The position numbers were made by a program, and so were the translations under genes. Below the pieces are notes generated by a model. That model was not told the origin of the DNA. It did no database searches and saw nothing but the letters and a program-made list of their open reading frames with translations. From assembly GCA_035655235.1 (NCBI GenBank), contig DASRUX010000353.1, forward strand, positions 1 to 44,261: DNA of 44,261 nt, in the 5' to 3' direction. This document shows, piece by piece, positions 36,736 through 44,261 of this stretch. Each line of letters starts with the position of its first letter. Positions within the stretch are counted from its first letter, which is position 1. Source of the DNA: Rhodocyclaceae bacterium (GTDB taxonomy: Bacteria > Pseudomonadota > Gammaproteobacteria > Burkholderiales > Rhodocyclaceae).

Positions 36736-37689
36736 ATGCGCATTTTGCTGGTCAAAACCTCCTCTTTGGGCGATGTAATTCACAATTTACCGGTGGTGAG
36801 CGACCTGAAGCGCAGCCGCCCCGACGCCGTCATCGACTGGTGCGTGGAGGAGAATTTCGCTGCCATTCCCAGGCTTCACCCCGGCGTCTCCCGGGTCATT
36901 CCCGTAGCCATCCGGCGCTGGCGGAAAAAGCTCCTGGACCGTGGCACCTGGGCGGAGATCGGGGCCTTCCGTAACGACCTCCGCACCGAGCCCTACGACG
37001 TGATCCTCGATACCCAGGGCCTGGTGAAGAGCGCCCTGGTGGCCCGCCAGGCCCGGGGGCCGATCGCCGGCTATGCGCCGGAAGCCGCCCGGGAACCCCT
37101 CGCCGCCCGCTTCTACGACCACACCTCGGCCATCCCCAAGGCCGCCCACGCCGTGGACCGCAACCGCTGGCTCGCCGCAGCCGTTTTCGGCCATCCGGGC
37201 GACCTTCCCCTGGATTACGGCATCGCCGCCGCGCCGCTCCACGCCGATTGGCTCCCTGCCCGCCCCTATGCCGTGTTCCTCACCGCCACCAGCCGGGACG
37301 ACAAGCTGTGGGAAGAGGCCCGCTGGCTGGCCCTCGGCAAGTCGCTGGCCGAGCGGGGCATCCGCGCCGTCCTGCCCGCCGGCAATCCGACGGAACGGGA
37401 AAGGGCGGCCCGCCTGGCGGCCGGGATCGAGGGCGCAGTTGCCGCTCCGCCCTTGGGCCTGGAAGCGTTGGCTCAACTGCTGGCCGGCGCCCGCCTGACC
37501 GTCGGCGTCGACACCGGCCTGACCCACCTTTCCGCCGCCCTCAAGGTGCCCACCGTGGCCCTCTACACGGCCACCGAGCCCGGCTTGACCGGTGTCCTCG
37601 GCACGGGATTCTGCCGCAACCTGGGCGGCCCCGGCCGCTCCCCCGAGGCAGCGGCCGTCTTCGACATGCTCCAGGCGGTGCTCGGCTGA
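36736..37689 (+). CDS. waaC: Lipopolysaccharide heptosyltransferase I
   Basis: MRILLVKTSSLGDVIHNLPVVSDL N-terminus, GT9 C-terminal VGVDTGLTHLSAAL. Immediately upstream of waaA. Confidence 0.86.
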   Translation: MRILLVKTSSLGDVIHNLPVVSDLKRSRPDAVIDWCVEENFAAIPRLHPGVSRVIPVAIRRWRKKLLDRGTWAEIGAFRNDLRTEPYDVILDTQGLVKSALVARQARGPIAGYAPEAAREPLAARFYDHTSAIPKAAHAVDRNRWLAAAVFGHPGDLPLDYGIAAAPLHADWLPARPYAVFLTATSRDDKLWEEARWLALGKSLAERGIRAVLPAGNPTERERAARLAAGIEGAVAAPPLGLEALAQLLAGARLTVGVDTGLTHLSAALKVPTVALYTATEPGLTGVLGTGFCRNLGGPGRSPEAAAVFDMLQAVLG

Positions 37690-38948
37690 TGGCGCGCCTC
37701 ATTTACTGCCTCGCCCTCTACCTTGGCGCTCCCTTGGTCTGGCTGCGGCTCCTCTGGCGCAGCCGCCGCCAGCCCGAATATCTCCAGCACCTGGGCGAAC
37801 GCTGGGGTTTCTACCGCCAGCGCACGGATAAGCCCTGCATCTGGGTCCATGCCGTATCGGTGGGGGAAACCCGCGCCGCCCAACCCCTGGTGGAAGCGCT
37901 GCTTGCCGCCTGGCCCGGCCACACCCTGCTGCTGACCGGCATGACCCCCACCGGCCGGGATGCCGGCCGCCAGGTTTATGGCGACCGGGTGCTTCAGGCC
38001 TACCTGCCCTACGATTATCCCGGCGCCGTCGGACGCTTTTTCCGCCACTTCCGGCCCCGCTTCGGCATCCTCATGGAGACGGAGGTATGGCCCAATCTGC
38101 TGGCTTCCGCCCTGTCTCACCGCGTGCCGGTGGCACTCGCCAATGCCCGCCTTTCCGAGCGCTCCTATCGGGGCTACGAGCGCTTCCGGGGGCTGGCTGG
38201 GCCGGCTTTCGCGTCGCTCACCGCCGTCGCTGCCCAGACCGAGGCCGACGCCGCCCGACTGCGCGCCCTCGGGACGCCTGCGGTGGAAGTCTGCGGCAAC
38301 CTGAAATTCGATGTCACCCCGCCCCAGGACAAGATCGACCTCGGCCGGCAATGGCGCACCGAAATCGGCAATCGCCCGGTGTGGCTGGCGGCCAGCACCC
38401 GGGAGGGGGAAGAGCCCCTGGTCCTAGCCGCCCTTTCCCGCCTGGCCGGAACCAATGCCCTGCTGGTGCTGGTGCCGCGCCATCCCCAGCGCTTTGAGGA
38501 AGTCTCAGGCTTGGTCGGGCAAGCCGGATACCCCATGGTCCGCCGCAGCCAAGGGCTGCCGACCGCGGATACCCGGGTCTGGCTGGGGGACAGCATGGGG
38601 GAAATGGCGGCCTATTACGCCCTAGCGGACATCGCCTTCATCGGCGGCAGCCTGCTCCCCCTGGGCGGGCAGAACCTGATCGAGGCGGCGGCCTGCGGCT
38701 GCCCAGTGCTGATCGGCCCCCACACCTTCAATTTCACCCAGGCCACCGAGGATGCCATCGCCAGCGGCGCTGCCCGGCGCGTGGCCGATGGGTCGGATTT
38801 GGGAGATAAAGTACGGGACTTACTCGGCAACCCCGCCGATCTCGACGGGATGCGGGCGGCTGCCAGCGCTTTCGCCGCCACCCACCGGGGAGCGACGGCC
38901 AAGACGGTGGCGCTTATTTCGCGGCTGACGGGTCCAGCAGGCCGTTGA
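37689..38948 (+). CDS. waaA: 3-deoxy-D-manno-octulosonic acid (Kdo) transferase
   Basis: WVHAVSVGETRAAQPLV, ETEVWPNLL and [27 protein letters not shown] motifs. TGATG overlap with waaC. Confidence 0.92.
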   Translation: MARLIYCLALYLGAPLVWLRLLWRSRRQPEYLQHLGERWGFYRQRTDKPCIWVHAVSVGETRAAQPLVEALLAAWPGHTLLLTGMTPTGRDAGRQVYGDRVLQAYLPYDYPGAVGRFFRHFRPRFGILMETEVWPNLLASALSHRVPVALANARLSERSYRGYERFRGLAGPAFASLTAVAAQTEADAARLRALGTPAVEVCGNLKFDVTPPQDKIDLGRQWRTEIGNRPVWLAASTREGEEPLVLAALSRLAGTNALLVLVPRHPQRFEEVSGLVGQAGYPMVRRSQGLPTADTRVWLGDSMGEMAAYYALADIAFIGGSLLPLGGQNLIEAAACGCPVLIGPHTFNFTQATEDAIASGAARRVADGSDLGDKVRDLLGNPADLDGMRAAASAFAATHRGATAKTVALISRLTGPAGR

Positions 38949-40236
38949 TCTGCTGCACGTCGTCCTCGCCCAAGGCGCCGACGGCGGCCTTCAGGCGAAG
39001 TTGGGCGATGAGGGTGTCGTACTTGGCCTTGGCCAGGTCCCGCCGGGTGACATAGACCTGCTGCTCGGCGTTGAGCACGTCGATATTGATGCGCACCCCG
39101 ACTTCGTAGCCCAGGCGGTTGGATTCCAGGGCCAGCTGGGAGGACGCCAGGGCGGCTTCCAGGGCTTTCACCTGGGCCAGGCCGCTTACCACGCCCAGAT
39201 AGTACTGGCGGGCTCCCAGGGCGGCGGTGCGGCGGGCCGCTTCCAGGCTGGAAAGGGCAGCGTTGCGGTTGGCGGCGGCTTCCCGGGTCTTGGAGTTCAC
39301 GAATCCGCCCTGGAACAGGGGCACATTGACCTGCACGCCGACGGTCTGGAAATCGGTGTCCACATTAGTGCCGGCAAAGGAGTTGAAACTCTTCGACGTA
39401 CCCTTGCTGGCCACCAGGTCCAGGGTCGGGTAATGGCCGGCCTGCTGCCGCTCCACTTCCTGGGCAGCGATATCCGCCGCCGCCTGCTGAATCTGGACAT
39501 TGGTGCTGTCCTTCTCGGCGGCCTCCACCCACTTGTCCATGCCGGCCGGCTGCGGGGGCGACAAGGTGACACTGGCCTTCAAGGGGGCGATGGCGCCGGG
39601 GACCTTGCCGACGATGGCCTGCAGGGTGCGACGCTTGACCTCCAGGTCGTTCTCGGCAGCCAGTTCCTGAGCAACCGCCAAGTCGTAGCGGGACTGGGCT
39701 TCGTGGGTATCGGTGATGGTCGCCGTCCCCACTTCGAAATTCTTCTTGGCGGATTCCAGCTGCTGCTCGATGGCGGTCTTGTTGGCCCGCACTGCCGCCA
39801 GGTTTTCGTTGGCGTAGAGGAGGTCGAAATAGGCCTGGGAAACCCGCAGCACCAAGTCCTGCTGGGCCTGGACGAAGTTGGCCTCAGCTTGCGCCACTTG
39901 GAGCTTGGACTGGCCGTAGGCCACCCAATTCTGCCAGCGGAAGAGGGGCTGGCTCAGGGATAGGGTATAGCCATTACTGTTGTAACGCGGTTTGACCTGG
40001 GCGGTCGCCGTCCGGATGTCGTTCTCGTTCCAGACAGAGTTGCCGGAAAGGGAGACATTGGGCAGCAGACCGGACAGCCCCTGGGGCGCCTTCTCCCGGC
40101 CTGCTTCCAGAGTGGCGCGGGCGGCGGCATAGGTGGGATCGTTGCTCTGGGCCTCACGGTACACCTGCACGAGATCCGCCCCATAGACGGTTCCCGACGC
40201 AAACACCAAGCCCAACAGCCACGATATTTTTTTCAT
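38914..40236 (-). CDS. tolC: TolC family outer membrane efflux channel
   Basis: Signal peptide MKKISWLLGLVFASGTVYGADL. Duplicated OEP repeats. Start taken at ATG 40236. Its 3' end overlaps waaA convergently by 35 nt. Confidence 0.9.
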   Translation of the reverse strand: MKKISWLLGLVFASGTVYGADLVQVYREAQSNDPTYAAARATLEAGREKAPQGLSGLLPNVSLSGNSVWNENDIRTATAQVKPRYNSNGYTLSLSQPLFRWQNWVAYGQSKLQVAQAEANFVQAQQDLVLRVSQAYFDLLYANENLAAVRANKTAIEQQLESAKKNFEVGTATITDTHEAQSRYDLAVAQELAAENDLEVKRRTLQAIVGKVPGAIAPLKASVTLSPPQPAGMDKWVEAAEKDSTNVQIQQAAADIAAQEVERQQAGHYPTLDLVASKGTSKSFNSFAGTNVDTDFQTVGVQVNVPLFQGGFVNSKTREAAANRNAALSSLEAARRTAALGARQYYLGVVSGLAQVKALEAALASSQLALESNRLGYEVGVRINIDVLNAEQQVYVTRRDLAKAKYDTLIAQLRLKAAVGALGEDDVQQINGLLDPSAAK

Positions 40237-40243
40237 TTTCGCC

Positions 40244-40567
40244 TCAGTAACGCGCCATGGCGGGATCCACGTCCCGCGCCCAGGCTTCAACGCCGCCCAT
40301 CAAGTTATGCACCGCCGTGAAGCCGGCGCTTTCCAGGAACATCGCCACCTGCATGCTGCGACTGCCGTGATGGCAGATCACCACCACGTCCTTGTCCGGC
40401 ACCAACTCGCCCACCCGGGTGGGCACCACATGCATGGGAATGTGCTTGGAGCCCGCCACATGGCAAAGCTCATACTCCCAGGGCGCCCGCACATCCAGCA
40501 GGAGAGGCTGCTGCCGACCCGGGTCGGACAGCCACTCGGCAAGTTGGCGGGCGGACAGTTGCTGCAT
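40244..40567 (-). CDS. Single-domain rhodanese (sulfurtransferase)
   Basis: 107 aa. LLDVRAPWEY and the active-site loop CHHGSRS. Confidence 0.88.
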   Translation of the reverse strand: MQQLSARQLAEWLSDPGRQQPLLLDVRAPWEYELCHVAGSKHIPMHVVPTRVGELVPDKDVVVICHHGSRSMQVAMFLESAGFTAVHNLMGGVEAWARDVDPAMARY

Positions 40568-41217
40568 CAGAACTCGAAGTGGCTCTTGGTCACGCCGGTC
40601 AGGGCGGGAACGACGGTTTCGAACAGGTTGACGGTGTTGAACACGCCTTCGGCGGTGCAGGTCACCATCTGGGCTTCCATGACCGGGGCTTCGCCGACGA
40701 TGGCCACCAGGCGGCCGCCGACCTTCAGCTGCTTCAGCACGTCGGAGGGCAGCACGGGCACGGAGCCGGAAATCACGATGACATCGTAGGGGCCCTTCTG
40801 GGGCCAGCCGGTCAGGCCGTTGCCGGTTTCGACGGTGACGTTGGCGACGCCGGCCTGCTCCAGGTTCTGGCGGGCGGCCTGGGCCAGTTCGGGCAGCAGT
40901 TCGACGGTGGTCACCTGCTCGGCGCGGGCAGCCAGAAGGGCGGCCATGTAGCCAGAGCCGGTGCCGATTTCCAGTACCTTGTCGGTCTTCTTGACGCCCA
41001 GTTCCTGGAGCAGGCGGGCTTCGATCTTGGGGGCCAGCATGACCTGGCCGTTGCCCAGGGGCACTTCCAGATCGGCGAAAGCCAGAGCCCGGTAGGCTTG
41101 GGGCACGAAATCCTCGCGCTTGACGACAAAAAGCAAATCCAGAACGGCCGGATCCAGCACTTCCCAGGGCCGGATTTGCTGCTCGATCATGTTGAAGCGC
41201 GCTTGCTCGATGTTCAT
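40567..41217 (-). CDS. Protein-L-isoaspartate O-methyltransferase family protein
   Basis: SAM motif VLEIGTGSGYMAALLA and YDVIVISGSVP. Its stop overlaps the rhodanese start (TGATG). Confidence 0.85.
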   Translation of the reverse strand: MNIEQARFNMIEQQIRPWEVLDPAVLDLLFVVKREDFVPQAYRALAFADLEVPLGNGQVMLAPKIEARLLQELGVKKTDKVLEIGTGSGYMAALLAARAEQVTTVELLPELAQAARQNLEQAGVANVTVETGNGLTGWPQKGPYDVIVISGSVPVLPSDVLKQLKVGGRLVAIVGEAPVMEAQMVTCTAEGVFNTVNLFETVVPALTGVTKSHFEF

Positions 41218-41234
41218 TCTGACTCTCCGCTCTT

Positions 41235-41256
41235 AATATTAGCAGATGCTAATATT
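41235..41256. promoter_or_regulatory. AT-rich 22-bp perfect palindrome AATATTAGCA-ga-TGCTAATATT between the tetR stop and the pcm-family gene start
   Basis: 10-bp arms and a 2-nt spacer, read directly. It lies 18-39 nt upstream of the ATG at 41217. The loop is too short and the stem too AT-rich for an intrinsic terminator. Confidence 0.4.
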
Positions 41257-41276
41257 TTACGTCCGATAAAATTCGA

Positions 41277-41912
41277 TTATACCTGAGGCGCCAGCAATCC
41301 CCTCCGCAGCACATCGAGGTGAACGGCCATGTATTCCCGGGGCTCCGGCTCGCCCGCCAGGCAGCAAGCCATGGAATGTTCCCAGACGATTAGCATCAGC
41401 ACCGGGGCGATGATCACATCGGTGTAAACATTGATATCCATGGCCCTGAATTCGCCGCTGGCCATGCCGCGCCCCAGGGCGGCAGCGATGAGGGCACGCC
41501 CCCGGGTGATGACTTTTTCGTGATAAAACTGGGCAATTTCCGGGAAGTTGCGGGCTTCGGAAATCATGAGCTTCATGATGCCCGACAGATGGGTCTCGCC
41601 GATCAGGGTCCACCAGGCGTTGAGGAGCGTCCCCAGCAGCTCGAAGGCGGGCCCCTCATGGCGGGCGAGGATGGCCTCCCCTTCGGCCAGGGCCGGGAAC
41701 ATGCCCTCTTGTATCACCGCCTTGAACAGGGCTTCCTTGCTGTCGAAATAGAGGTAGAGGGTGCCCTTGGACACCCCGGCCCGCTTGGCGACATCGTCCA
41801 GGCGGGTGGCGGCGAAGCCCTTTTCGACGAACAGTTCGAGGGCCGCCGCCGTCAATTCGGAAGGGCGCGCCTCCTTGCGTCTTTTGCGGGTAGGGACTGC
41901 AGATTGGGACAT
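41277..41912 (-). CDS. TetR/AcrR family transcriptional regulator
   Basis: N-terminal HTH (LTAAALELFVEKGFAATRLDDVAKRAGVSKGTLYLYFDSKEALF), 211 aa. Confidence 0.9.
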   Translation of the reverse strand: MSQSAVPTRKRRKEARPSELTAAALELFVEKGFAATRLDDVAKRAGVSKGTLYLYFDSKEALFKAVIQEGMFPALAEGEAILARHEGPAFELLGTLLNAWWTLIGETHLSGIMKLMISEARNFPEIAQFYHEKVITRGRALIAAALGRGMASGEFRAMDINVYTDVIIAPVLMLIVWEHSMACCLAGEPEPREYMAVHLDVLRRGLLAPQV

Positions 41913-41948
41913 GATAAGTTAATGACTCGCAAGTCATTAACTTATCAT
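41911..41948. promoter_or_regulatory. 38-bp inverted-repeat element with perfect 17-bp arms (ATGATAAGTTAATGACT-cgca-AGTCATTAACTTATCAT); candidate TetR operator
   Basis: Arms verified base by base. The left arm begins inside the tetR start codon (CAT 41910-41912). A TTGACC -35-like hexamer (minus sense, 41963-41968) sits 17 nt upstream of ATAAGT within the right arm. Confidence 0.65.
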
Positions 41949-41964
41949 CATGTTCCGAAGAGGG

Positions 41965-43284
41965 TCAACGGCTCTCTTTGATGAGCCGCCCTGCGGCCGC
42001 CTGGATCGGCCGGGCATTGCTCCGGTACAGCCGGGAGAAGATGCCGACCTGCTCGGCCGAAACCTGGACGGGCTGGCGCATCACCAGCCACAGCACGCCT
42101 TCCGTACACGGTGGCGTGGTCAGGGAGCCCATGTAGGTGTAGTAATTGCGGGAAGCGGGCAGGAAGGTGGTCAGATCGATGGCCGGGCTGGGCGGCAGCA
42201 CTTCCATGTTCTTTTCCAGGGGCAGGTAGTTCCACAGGGTTTGGATGAAGGGGTTTTCCAGGCCCTTCTCCATCAGGACCGCCACCACCGCCAACTGCCC
42301 GTCGTCGGCCCGGTGGACCAGGTGGGCCACCATGTCGAAGCCCTTGCCGTTGATTTTCTCCTCGGCCGGCTTGTGGAAGTGGAACTGGATCAGCTCGTAG
42401 GTCTTGCCGGTGAGGGTGATGCTGCCTTCGCCGGTGGCCACCTGCACGGTATGGCCGTTGTCCACGATGCGGAACAGGGAAGGCTTGTAATCGAATTTGA
42501 TCGGCTCCAGATCGACCTTGATGCCCTCCCGGATATCGATAGGCGACTGGCGCTGGCCGCTGGCGCAGAGGGTGTTCTTGGGATCGAGGCGAGCCCAGTT
42601 CTCCGGCCCGCCTTCGCCGTCGTAGGACCAGTGGATATGGGCGTGGTGCTCAGCCGGCTCGGCAGCGGCTTCGTGCACCGGCGCCTCGGCCCGGGATTTC
42701 TTGGCGGCCCGATGGAGAGATGCGATGGGTTCGGGACGGACGTACGCCGGCTTTTCCTCGATCTTCGCCACGGTCTTCATAGGCATGGCCGGCTTGGCGA
42801 TCTTCGCTTCCGCCTTGATCAGGCCGTCGTTGGCCGATTTGAGCTGGCCGGCGGCATCGTTGGCCTTGTCGGCCACCGCCTTGATGTCGTCCCGGCCGGG
42901 CCGGCAGACTTCCCGCAGCACCTTGTCGTCCAGGGTGCCGCTGCGCACGGGCAGTTCGACGGGCTTCTGTTCCTCATCCCGCAGCACTTCCGATTCGTTC
43001 TTCTTGAACACCCGGCGGATGGTTGCCGCATTGCGGGAGCCGCAGTCGTAGCGGGTGGTCGCTTCGATCACCCGGTAACCGGCACCGGTCTTGGGATCGG
43101 GAATTTCGCGCTCCAGGATGATGCGGCCGGTCGCCTGGACCTTGCCCCCCTCGTCCCGTTTGATGCTGGTGCGGTCCAGCTCGATGCGCTTGCCCGGCTC
43201 GGCCGACACGGTCTGCCACACCGGTGCCGCAGTCGCGGACCAGGGCAGCGCGGCAATCAGCGCGGCCACAGCGATGAGGCGCAT
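41965..43284 (-). CDS. Periplasmic alpha-class carbonic anhydrase with N-terminal adhesin-E-like module and Lys/Ala-rich linker
   Basis: Signal peptide. The C-terminal ~225 aa carry alpha-CA motifs (HWSYDG, SPIDI, zinc ligands QFHFH and [18 protein letters not shown]). The N-terminal ~105 aa ([25 protein letters not shown]...RYDCGSRN) are unrelated to CA. Confidence 0.9.
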   Translation of the reverse strand: MRLIAVAALIAALPWSATAAPVWQTVSAEPGKRIELDRTSIKRDEGGKVQATGRIILEREIPDPKTGAGYRVIEATTRYDCGSRNAATIRRVFKKNESEVLRDEEQKPVELPVRSGTLDDKVLREVCRPGRDDIKAVADKANDAAGQLKSANDGLIKAEAKIAKPAMPMKTVAKIEEKPAYVRPEPIASLHRAAKKSRAEAPVHEAAAEPAEHHAHIHWSYDGEGGPENWARLDPKNTLCASGQRQSPIDIREGIKVDLEPIKFDYKPSLFRIVDNGHTVQVATGEGSITLTGKTYELIQFHFHKPAEEKINGKGFDMVAHLVHRADDGQLAVVAVLMEKGLENPFIQTLWNYLPLEKNMEVLPPSPAIDLTTFLPASRNYYTYMGSLTTPPCTEGVLWLVMRQPVQVSAEQVGIFSRLYRSNARPIQAAAGRLIKESR

Positions 43285-43412
43285 AGTTTTCCCTTCTATT
43301 TTTTTGAACGAATCCGACGCTCGGTTAACATATTTCGGACGGTTCGCCGAAATCTTGAGCCCCGGCCCCGCATTTGTTGCATTTTGCCTGTATTTCCAGT
43401 AACTTGCAGCTC

Positions 43413-43497
43413 TTCGTTAGGGGTGTCGCCGCATCGGTGCAGCGACTGAGACATACCCTCCGAACCTGTACGGGTCATGCCGTCGTAGGGAAACGAA
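43413..43497 (+). promoter_or_regulatory. TPP (THI-box) riboswitch aptamer upstream of thiC
   Basis: P1 ttcgtt / aacgaa. Conserved GGGGTG...CTGAGA...ACCC...AACCTG...GGTcATGCC...GTAGGGAA core. Downstream ctccttgc (43507-43514) is complementary to the SD region gcaaggag (43544-43551). Confidence 0.9.
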
Positions 43498-43559
43498 CTT
43501 CCGTCTCTCCTTGCGCGTCTCAAGCCCGCAGCACTCTTCCCCAGCAAGGAGCTTCACCC

Positions 43560-44261
43560 ATGAACGCCAACGAACAATTCCTCGCCCGTGACGCCCACGT
43601 GGACGAGGCTGCTGTCCAGCCCCTCCCCAACTCCCGCAAGATTTACGTCGAAGGCTCCCGTCCGGACATCCGCGTCCCGATGCGGGAAATTTCCCAGGCC
43701 GACACCCCGACGGCCTTCGGCGGCGAGAAGAACCCGCCCATTTTCGTCTACGACTGCTCCGGCCCCTACACCGACCCGGCCGCGAGGATCGATGTCCGCA
43801 ACGGCCTCCCGGCCCTGCGCGCCCAGTGGATTGCCGAACGGGGCGACACGGAAGAGCTGCCCGACCTGACCTCCGAATACGGCCGCCAGCGCGCCGCCGA
43901 CAAGTCCCTGGACGAGCTGCGCTTCCCCGGCCTGCACCGGAAACCCCTGCGGGCCAAGGCCGGCGCCAATGTGTCCCAGATGCACTACGCCCGCCAGGGC
44001 ATCATCACCCCGGAGATGGAATACGTCGCCATCCGGGAAAACAACAACCGCCGGGCCTACATCGAAGGCCTGAAGACCTCCGGTCCGCAAGGCCAGCGCC
44101 TGGCCGAACTCCTGGGCCGCCAGCACAAGGGCCAGAACTTTGGCGCCAGCATTCCCGAAGAGATCACCCCGGAATTCGTGCGCTCGGAAGTCGCCCGGGG
44201 CCGGGCCATCATCCCGGCCAACATCAACCACCCGGAAACCGAGCCGATGATCATCGGCCGC
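43560..44261 (+). CDS. thiC: Phosphomethylpyrimidine synthase ThiC (5' part, runs off the window end)
   Basis: My translation from ATG 43560 ([11 protein letters not shown]...[20 protein letters not shown]...[24 protein letters not shown]...[15 protein letters not shown]) matches the ThiC N-terminal region. AAGGAG RBS. The frame is open to 44261. Confidence 0.95.
   Translation, partial: MNANEQFLARDAHVDEAAVQPLPNSRKIYVEGSRPDIRVPMREISQADTPTAFGGEKNPPIFVYDCSGPYTDPAARIDVRNGLPALRAQWIAERGDTEELPDLTSEYGRQRAADKSLDELRFPGLHRKPLRAKAGANVSQMHYARQGIITPEMEYVAIRENNNRRAYIEGLKTSGPQGQRLAELLGRQHKGQNFGASIPEEITPEFVRSEVARGRAIIPANINHPETEPMIIGR

Noticed and set aside
43554-44231. 225-aa minus-strand ORF at the right end of the window.
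   Set aside because: It is antisense to the ThiC coding frame, which has a riboswitch, an RBS and strong family motifs. Its translation is low-complexity.
1-44261. Scanned the whole window for mobile elements, a genomic island, prophage, toxin-antitoxin or defence systems, tRNA or rRNA genes.
   Set aside because: There are no integrase, transposase or recombinase-like ORFs, no terminal inverted or direct repeats flanking a block, and no tRNA-like cloverleaf candidates. No compositional break occurs apart from the small AT-enriched gap at 31946-32184. Gene content is housekeeping throughout.

Overview
High-GC (about 65%) chromosomal segment with roughly 50 densely packed genes. Gene content and order look like core betaproteobacterial genome, possibly Rhodocyclales-like; this is inferred from synteny and was not searched. 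Content in order: rpoH; a small stress-protein cluster (YflT/DUF2382 YsnF-type proteins); a full aa3/caa3-type cytochrome c oxidase locus with its assembly factors (SCO1, coxB-coxA-ctaG-coxC, DUF2909, SURF1, a Sco-like unknown, ctaB, ctaA); a soluble PAS-PAS histidine kinase; a second compact oxidase operon (DUF2244-coxB-coxA-coxC); AraC regulator, PEBP protein and azlCD; mpl; tlpA-like, aroQ, accBC, prmA and a DUF3426 zinc-ribbon protein; a PfkB kinase; a SlyB-like lipoprotein; olsBA (ornithine lipid); apaH and glmS; LPS core genes (epimerase, GT2, waaC, waaA); tolC-rhodanese-pcm; a TetR regulator; an alpha-carbonic anhydrase with an unusual N-terminal module; and a TPP riboswitch followed by the 5' part of thiC. 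I found no rRNA, tRNA, CRISPR array, transposase, integrase or recognisable defence system, so the window reads as housekeeping rather than accessory DNA. The points most worth follow-up are: (i) an exact 14-bp motif with sigma-54-like GG-N10-GC geometry repeated upstream of two adjacent stress-cluster genes next to rpoH; (ii) a 38-bp element with perfect 17-bp inverted-repeat arms overlapping the tetR start codon, just downstream of the carbonic anhydrase fusion gene; (iii) two paralogous oxidase operons separated by an orphan PAS kinase; (iv) an uncharacterised Sco/thioredoxin-like CxxxC membrane protein within the oxidase assembly cluster. All family assignments rest on motifs read by eye in the supplied translations. 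No database search was run.
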